Source: Bacteriovoracia bacterium (GTDB lineage: Bacteria; Bdellovibrionota; UBA1018; JBFWNL01). From it: a DNA stretch of 64,000 nucleotides. Numbering within the stretch: the stretch's first letter is position 1; each line of letters opens with the position of its first letter. The translations under genes were made by a program, and so were the position numbers. The DNA lies in contig JBFWNL010000002.1 of NCBI GenBank assembly GCA_050251055.1, positions 465,927 through 529,926 of the forward strand, written 5' to 3'. Below are positions 58,602-64,000 of this stretch, one piece after another. Below the pieces are notes generated by a model. It was not told the DNA's origin and searched no databases. It saw nothing but the letters and a program-made list of their open reading frames with translations.

Positions 58602-59687
58602 ATGGCATACAGGCTTCCTAAAATCCCACTCCTCGCTCTGTGCCTGCTCGCCGCCTGCTCCGCGAAGCTCACTCGCCCAGTCAAGGAACACGCCTACTTT
58701 TACGTCCTTCGGTACCAAACCTCCTCAATAGATATATTCGACCTCGGACGCACGGACGGTAGCTTGCGCTTCGTATCCTCCTTCTCCACCGCCGACACTT
58801 GCCCGACCCCCAGCCGGATCGCGGCAAGCCCCGACGGCGGTTTTCTCTTTCTCTCAAACCCGAATTCACCCAGCACCCTCGCCGCCTACGCGATCACCCC
58901 GGGTACCGGCGCCCTCACCTTTGTTTCCAGCACGGAGCAGAGTTCGGGCACCGCCTCCTTGCTGACCAGCTTAGATAGCCGATTTCTCTATGTCACGTCT
59001 GGGGGGAAAATATCGACTTTCGCGATCAATGGCGGAACGCTCTCCCAAATAGGCTCCCCGCTGACAACCCCAGGTGGGAACTTGGCCACCCTCGTGGCGC
59101 ATCCCAACGGAAACTTTCTCTATGGCGAATCCAGTGGTGCGACCGGGGCCTACGCTCTGCAGATCGACCCGACGACGGGCGCGCTAACTCTGCTGGGAGG
59201 AGTCGCGCCGATGGGCGCCATTCGACTCCACCCCGACGGAAACAGCGCAATCGCTTCACTCTCAATCGTAGGTCTGACCCACTATTCCATCGAGCTCAAC
59301 TCGGGTCTTTGGTCATCCACCGGCTCGCTCGGCCTCACTCCTTCCATGTTCGAGTTGGATCAGTCCGGACGCTTTCTCTTCGCCAAGACGGGGTCCGCCA
59401 CGCTGTCTGTTTATCGATTGCAAGCCGGCTCGGGGGCATTGGATTCCGCTACTCCGATTGGGACGCTGACCCATGCTAGCTTCGGAGGGCCGACGGCAGG
59501 GGTGCTCTACTTCACCCGGGCGGGGAACATCTTAGTCCACCGCGGCGGAGACGGCTCGGAGCTAACCACGCTGGGTTTCGATACGAGCACGGGGGCATTG
59601 TCGCTCACCGGCGCGTCGGCGACGATCAGCGGCTCGGCCGCGATCCCCAAAGCCGTGCTGGTGGAGACCACGGAGCCGATCCCGTGA
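58602..59687 (+). CDS. Beta-propeller lipoprotein (lactonase/YbhE-like fold)
   Basis: Lipobox LAA-C; blades SPDGGFLF, DSRFLYV, HPNGNFLY, IDPTTGALTL, DQSGRFLF. Confidence 0.78.
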   Translation: MAYRLPKIPLLALCLLAACSAKLTRPVKEHAYFYVLRYQTSSIDIFDLGRTDGSLRFVSSFSTADTCPTPSRIAASPDGGFLFLSNPNSPSTLAAYAITPGTGALTFVSSTEQSSGTASLLTSLDSRFLYVTSGGKISTFAINGGTLSQIGSPLTTPGGNLATLVAHPNGNFLYGESSGATGAYALQIDPTTGALTLLGGVAPMGAIRLHPDGNSAIASLSIVGLTHYSIELNSGLWSSTGSLGLTPSMFELDQSGRFLFAKTGSATLSVYRLQAGSGALDSATPIGTLTHASFGGPTAGVLYFTRAGNILVHRGGDGSELTTLGFDTSTGALSLTGASATISGSAAIPKAVLVETTEPIP

Positions 59688-59697
59688 GGCCGCTCGC

Positions 59698-60459
59698 TCA
59701 ATGCCAAGTCTTGGGCTTATCGTCGCCGTCGTCGCCCGAATCGAAGGTCTTCTTATTGACGACCAGCTTGAGGTGACCGGGCTTTTTAGCCGCGGACTCG
59801 CGGCGCTTGGACGTCCGCACGGTGCCGCGCGCTTGCTTAAGTTTCTGCTGCAGTTTCAAATACGCCCCGATCCAGAGGAAAGCGAAACCGCCGGCCATGC
59901 CCCCCAAGTGCGCGACCGCCGATAGCTCGGCGCCCGGCGAGAACACGGCGGTCATGAACTGCACACCCGCCAGGATCCAGATGAATTGCTTGGCCTTCAT
60001 CGGGAAGAGCATCATGAACAGAAGCGTACGCTCGCCAAAAACCAATCCGTACGCCATCAGCAGGCCGTAGATACCGCCGGAAGCGCCCACCATCGGCACA
60101 TAAAGTCCGCCAGTGAAGAACACCTGCATCGCCAGGTAGCAAAAACCCGCGAAGGCGGCGCAAAAGAAATAGTACCGCAGGAAACGCCGCGTACCCCAGG
60201 CCGCTTCAAGCTCCGCGCCGACGAAGACGAGCATCAACAAGTTCAAGAACAGATGCATCACGTCCGCGTGCAAGAACGGATAAGTGAAAATCTGCCAGAT
60301 CCAAAAGTGGTTGATGAATTCGCCCGGGACCAACCCCAGCGTGCGCGTGATCACGCGCCCTTCACCGCCCCCGAAACGTTCAATGATGTGCTGGAACAAA
60401 AAGCCGACGAAGATGGCGATGCAGAGGGCTTTGACGGCTTTGGTGAGGCGGATTGGCAT
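59698..60459 (-). CDS. Rhomboid-family intramembrane serine protease
   Basis: WQIFTYPFLH, HLFLN, GASGG, AHLGG; C-terminal HLKLV...KTWH. Start 60459 (TTG 60480 possible). Confidence 0.92.
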   Translation of the reverse strand: MPIRLTKAVKALCIAIFVGFLFQHIIERFGGGEGRVITRTLGLVPGEFINHFWIWQIFTYPFLHADVMHLFLNLLMLVFVGAELEAAWGTRRFLRYYFFCAAFAGFCYLAMQVFFTGGLYVPMVGASGGIYGLLMAYGLVFGERTLLFMMLFPMKAKQFIWILAGVQFMTAVFSPGAELSAVAHLGGMAGGFAFLWIGAYLKLQQKLKQARGTVRTSKRRESAAKKPGHLKLVVNKKTFDSGDDGDDKPKTWH

Positions 60460-60730
60460 AGGGCGTTTGATTGTAGGCAAAAAAAAAGAGGACTACTATC
60501 ACGTTTGCTGTACCCGGTTTGCCCTCCTCGGACAAGACCAGCGCGATAGCAGTCCCCAGTCAAGTGTCTTGCTATGAAGCACCCACCCAGGCTCCTCAAG
60601 CGAGACAACTAACTGATCGGAAGACACACGTCAGACTTTAGCCAAAATGTGGGTTTTATTTTAAATATAAGATATTGATATTATTGCAATTATTAAGATC
60701 GGCCCAGTCTGTCGTCCATAAAGCCTTGCC

Positions 60731-61438
60731 CTACCGGCAGGGCGTTTCGGGGTTCGCGCACTGCCGCCGACTAGAGTAGAGCACGAAACTGAACATATCC
60801 TTGCCCTGATCGCTCGTGCCGATCAAATGGCGCCGGCTGTAAATCTCGTGTTTTTCCGTAACCTGGTCCTGCAGTTGTTTGAACGCATCCGGAGCGAGCA
60901 ACCCCTTGAGAAAAGCGTAGAAATCCGCGGGCGACGGCAGTTTAAATGCCGTACGCATCTCATCTAATGCGCCGAAGGCCTCGCTCAGGCTCTTCACCTC
61001 GACGTTTACGTCGAATTTGAGCAACTCCTTCTCTTCTTCTTCCAGAATATACGTGCGCTCATCGATGATCGTCCGAAAGCGATCAAATTTCACCACGACT
61101 TCGCCGACAGCGATCTCGCGCAGCCCTTCCATCAGCTTCTCGAAATCCGCGATATCGTCGTCCCGCTTGGGTTCGGTCAGGATGTTATAAAAAAGGCGGC
61201 CGTCTTCTTCGTTACAAAAGATCAGGGCGTTCACAAAGGCCCCCGCGTCCTTAAGGGGCTGGTGAACTATCTTCTCCACGCCTTCGGCGGTGGATACACA
61301 TTCCTTGGGGTTCACCTCCTGGCTAAAGCCAGCTAGGTAACTGTGTCCCGTTACGGCCGCCGAAGCCAAGGGCGCCCCCGTCCCGAAGCCGACTGCCGCC
61401 GCCAGACCCCATGCCAATCCCGTGTTTATCGCGTACAT
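60731..61438 (-). CDS. Secreted hypothetical protein, paralog A
   Basis: Signal-like N-terminus; four Cys; C-terminal CANPETPCR. Confidence 0.7.
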   Translation of the reverse strand: MYAINTGLAWGLAAAVGFGTGAPLASAAVTGHSYLAGFSQEVNPKECVSTAEGVEKIVHQPLKDAGAFVNALIFCNEEDGRLFYNILTEPKRDDDIADFEKLMEGLREIAVGEVVVKFDRFRTIIDERTYILEEEEKELLKFDVNVEVKSLSEAFGALDEMRTAFKLPSPADFYAFLKGLLAPDAFKQLQDQVTEKHEIYSRRHLIGTSDQGKDMFSFVLYSSRRQCANPETPCR

Positions 61439-62217
61439 GGCGTCTCCGGGCTCGCGCAGAAGCGGTTATTGCCTAAGGACACATTGCTCTCGAGCATCTG
61501 GCCGTTCTTCAATACTACCATCGGGCGATGCCAGGACGTCACCGTGTGGTTTTCTGTCATGGCGGCTTCGATCAGCTTCGCGCTTTCCGCCGGCAGAAGT
61601 AGGCGCAGGAAATCCAAGAACTTATAGAGATGGGGTACCCGAAAAGCACGGTTTTCTCGGTCAATATCGCCGTAATTCGCCACGAAGCTTTCGTAGGCGA
61701 CTTCCCGCGGAAAGGAATACACCACCTTCCCGCCGTTCTCCGTCAAATCCACCTTCTGCGCGTCTACTAAACTCTGGATCCCGTGGAAGCGAACCGTGAT
61801 TTCGCCAATCCGCTTTTCCTTTAAAGAGGTCATCAACTTTTCGAATGCCGGCACCTGCTCCCGATTCCAGGGTTCCGTGACGTAGTTGTAAGCGACAAGC
61901 GAGCCTTCAGCTAACGGAAGGCAAAACACCGAATAATCCAGAAAGACGTCCAGGGATTCGATTGGCTCCCGGATCAGCTCGGCAAAAGACACCACCACTT
62001 TTTTGCAGTCAGCTAGCTTGATCGCTTGCTCACCCATCGCCATAAAGCCGTACCCGGGAACGCCGGGACCTTGGCCGCTACGAAGACTCGGGGATGCGGA
62101 AGTCTCCGTTATCCCGCGATTCAATAAGTCCGCCGAAGCTTCCCACCGCCGCTCAAGGGCAAGCGCCGAACTAGTAGACGCGATGAGTCCGATCACTACG
62201 AGGATATTTTTTTTCAT
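61426..62217 (-). CDS. Secreted hypothetical protein, paralog B
   Basis: MKKNILVVIGLIASTSSALA signal peptide from ATG 62217; C-terminal CASPETPCTR. Confidence 0.72.
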   Translation of the reverse strand: MKKNILVVIGLIASTSSALALERRWEASADLLNRGITETSASPSLRSGQGPGVPGYGFMAMGEQAIKLADCKKVVVSFAELIREPIESLDVFLDYSVFCLPLAEGSLVAYNYVTEPWNREQVPAFEKLMTSLKEKRIGEITVRFHGIQSLVDAQKVDLTENGGKVVYSFPREVAYESFVANYGDIDRENRAFRVPHLYKFLDFLRLLLPAESAKLIEAAMTENHTVTSWHRPMVVLKNGQMLESNVSLGNNRFCASPETPCTR

Positions 62218-62231
62218 TCGGGAAGTTTCAG

Positions 62232-63371
62232 CTATTTCCGGGATCCGGTCAAGAAACGTTCGCCTCGGAGAAAGCCAATCGGATGCGGCGTTTGGCCGCT
62301 CTGCACCAGATCTGCCAACACTTCTCCGATGACGGAAGCAAACTTGAACCCGTGACCCGAGAATCCCGCCGCGATCGAAACGTGCGGCATGCCGGGGTGC
62401 TGGCCCAGAATGAAATTCTGATCCGGCGTCATCGTATAGAGGCACACTTTGTGGCGCGTTACGGCAGGAATCAGACCCGGAATATTTTCACGGATCGCCC
62501 GCACCACGTTTTCCGCATCCGCCGGTTGAACCGCGCGATTCACCCGCGAGGGATCGGCCACTTCGGCGCCTCCGGAATGCTCGGCGATCTTGGCTTCCGG
62601 TCCGGACTGTCCGCCGAAACCGTATACCACCCCGTAAGGCAAATCATAGAGGTAACAGGGCATGCGCGCCCAATCCGAATCTGCGGACACTGGCGACCAG
62701 AACATCACTTTGCGCAGCACTCGTAGAGGTAGTCCGAGTACCGTCGCCAAATTCGGGCTCCACGCCCCGACCGTGAGAACCAGCCGACGCGCGGTAAAGG
62801 TCTCCGTCGCCGTGCGCACTTGAACCGAATTCTTTTCCATGCGCCAATCCAGCACCGGGGCGCCCCAGTGAAAACGAGCGCCATTTTTTTCCGCCACCTC
62901 TAGATGCGCCCGCACGCAATCCTCGACCGCGAGATATCCTGCGTCTGGCTCGTAGATGGAAGCGTATCCTTCCGAAGCGGAAAAGGCCGGGAACCGCCGA
63001 CGAGCGTCCATCAGGGACATTTCTTCGATGGGAATAGAATGCAGGCGCGCGCTGAGGCGAATACCTTCCAACAAGGTTCCTGTGCGTGGGCCGAAATAAA
63101 CCACGCCGGTACGATTGAAAAGCGATCGGCCGGTTTGTTGGGAGAGTTCATCCCAAAGCGTATACGCACGCTTCAGTAGAGGCACATAATCAGGGTGCTC
63201 AAAGTAGGCTTGGCGAATCACCCGGGTTTCGCCGTGCGAGCTACCCAGATCGTGCACGGGCGAGAATTGATCGATCCCGATCACGGTCGCTCCCCGGCTA
63301 GCAAGATGATAACAGCAGGCGCTGCCCATCCCTCCCAACCCAATCACGATGACGTCGGCCACGTTACTCAT
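62232..63371 (-). CDS. solA: N-methyl-L-tryptophan oxidase / monomeric sarcosine oxidase
   Basis: IGLGGMGS, GSSHGETRVIRQAY.EHPDYVPL, CLYTMTPD (covalent-FAD Cys), GFSGHGFKFAS. Confidence 0.88.
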   Translation of the reverse strand: MSNVADVIVIGLGGMGSACCYHLASRGATVIGIDQFSPVHDLGSSHGETRVIRQAYFEHPDYVPLLKRAYTLWDELSQQTGRSLFNRTGVVYFGPRTGTLLEGIRLSARLHSIPIEEMSLMDARRRFPAFSASEGYASIYEPDAGYLAVEDCVRAHLEVAEKNGARFHWGAPVLDWRMEKNSVQVRTATETFTARRLVLTVGAWSPNLATVLGLPLRVLRKVMFWSPVSADSDWARMPCYLYDLPYGVVYGFGGQSGPEAKIAEHSGGAEVADPSRVNRAVQPADAENVVRAIRENIPGLIPAVTRHKVCLYTMTPDQNFILGQHPGMPHVSIAAGFSGHGFKFASVIGEVLADLVQSGQTPHPIGFLRGERFLTGSRK

Positions 63372-63412
63372 AAAATGCAAAGGGCCCCCGCACCGAAGTG
63401 CCAGGGGCCCTT
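63372..63412 (-). terminator. Hairpin/terminator after the Gly-rich gene
   Basis: AAGGGCCCC..GCAC-TTCG-GTGC..GGGGCCCTT followed by TGCATTTT. Confidence 0.65.
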
Positions 63413-63437
63413 GTAAGATAACTCTAAGCGAACTGGA

Positions 63438-64000
63438 TTAGTAGAGGCGACCGCCTAAGCCGAAGCCGATGCCACCACTGAGTCCAAAGCCAAGGCCGCC
63501 GTAGCCGTAGATGCCACCGCCACCGCCCATACCCATATACGGGTAACCGCCGTAGCCATAGCCGCCGCCCGCCTGCATCAGGCTCTGCTGGTAGCGTGCC
63601 TGCACGTCATACATCTGCTGCTGGGCGATCATAAGGTTTTGTTGACCTTGCATCGCACGTTGCTGGTTCAGCATTTGAGATTGCATGGAGGCCTGCAAGT
63701 AAGCTTGGTACATCGGAGCGCCGCCGCCACCGAAAGTGCCGCCGAATGGGCCGCCGTACATGCCGCCGCCGCCGAACGGGCCACCGTACATGCCGCCGCC
63801 GCCGCCGAACGGGCCGCCGTACATGCCGCCGCCGAATGGGCCACCGTAGATTCCACCGCTAACACCACCGAACGGGCCGCCGTACATGCCGCCGCCGAAT
63901 GGGCCACCGTAGATTCCACCGCTCACACCACCGAACGGGCCACCGTACATGCCGCCGCCGAATGGGCCGCCGTAGATTCCACCGCTGACACCACCGAACG
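63438..64000 (-). CDS. Gly/Tyr/Phe-rich repeat protein, partial (frame open to the right edge)
   Basis: The frame continues upstream of 63950 (FGGVSGGIYGGPFGGG-M); YGGPFGG repeats, Q/M-rich helix, Gly-rich C-terminus. Confidence 0.8.
   Translation of the reverse strand, partial: FGGVSGGIYGGPFGGGMYGGPFGGVSGGIYGGPFGGGMYGGPFGGVSGGIYGGPFGGGMYGGPFGGGGGMYGGPFGGGGMYGGPFGGTFGGGGAPMYQAYLQASMQSQMLNQQRAMQGQQNLMIAQQQMYDVQARYQQSLMQAGGGYGYGGYPYMGMGGGGGIYGYGGLGFGLSGGIGFGLGGRLY
63730..64000. repeat. Coding tandem repeat, 63-bp unit (MYGGPFGGVSGGIYGGPFGGG) plus shorter variants
   Basis: Near-identical copies of CCGCCGAATGGGCCACCGTAGATTCCACCGCT.ACACCACCGAACGGGCC.CCGTACATGCCG, differing mainly at synonymous sites. 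Confidence 0.9.

Noticed and set aside
63730-64000. CRISPR-like array
   Set aside because: No unique spacers; unit lengths are multiples of 3 with synonymous variation, so this is a coding repeat; no cas genes in the window.

Overview
GC-rich bacterial chromosome segment, most consistent with Bdellovibrionota or a related deltaproteobacterial lineage. This is an inference from the TIGR02147 gene, the RCC1-repeat exoprotein, the LD-carboxypeptidase+NTF2 protein and the many orphan lipoproteins. From left to right the window holds: a TIGR02147 gene coupled to a secreted protein, and DoxX; a molybdenum-cofactor operon (moaA, moaC-mogA fusion, MOT1-type transporter, moeA, moaD, moaE, moeB-rhodanese); a diguanylate cyclase preceded by a sigma54 promoter; an HDOD / PAS kinase / sigma54-activator operon; a 1.2-kaa secreted RCC1 protein with ten unusual two-cysteine repeats; mpl and other peptidoglycan enzymes, ssb, Rsm22 and rsmB; two paralogous beta-barrel proteins and sppA; a PHP / GT21 / GH1 glycolipid-type operon and rpsA; a long envelope cluster (GT4, waaF, DUF3108, lpxL, fused lpxB-lpxK, lpxA, fabZ, lpxD, skp, bamA, lolD, lolC/E); lysS, trxB, rhomboid, two paralogous secreted proteins, solA and a Gly-rich repeat protein running off the right edge. 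No tRNA, rRNA, CRISPR array or mobile element was recognised. The most notable items are the RCC1 + variable-loop repeat protein, the LpxB-LpxK fusion, the glycolipid module, two unannotated hydrophobic mini-proteins, a recurring leaderless-promoter pattern and a possible sigma28 -> sigma54 -> c-di-GMP circuit. All calls come from motif reading by eye; no database searches were run.
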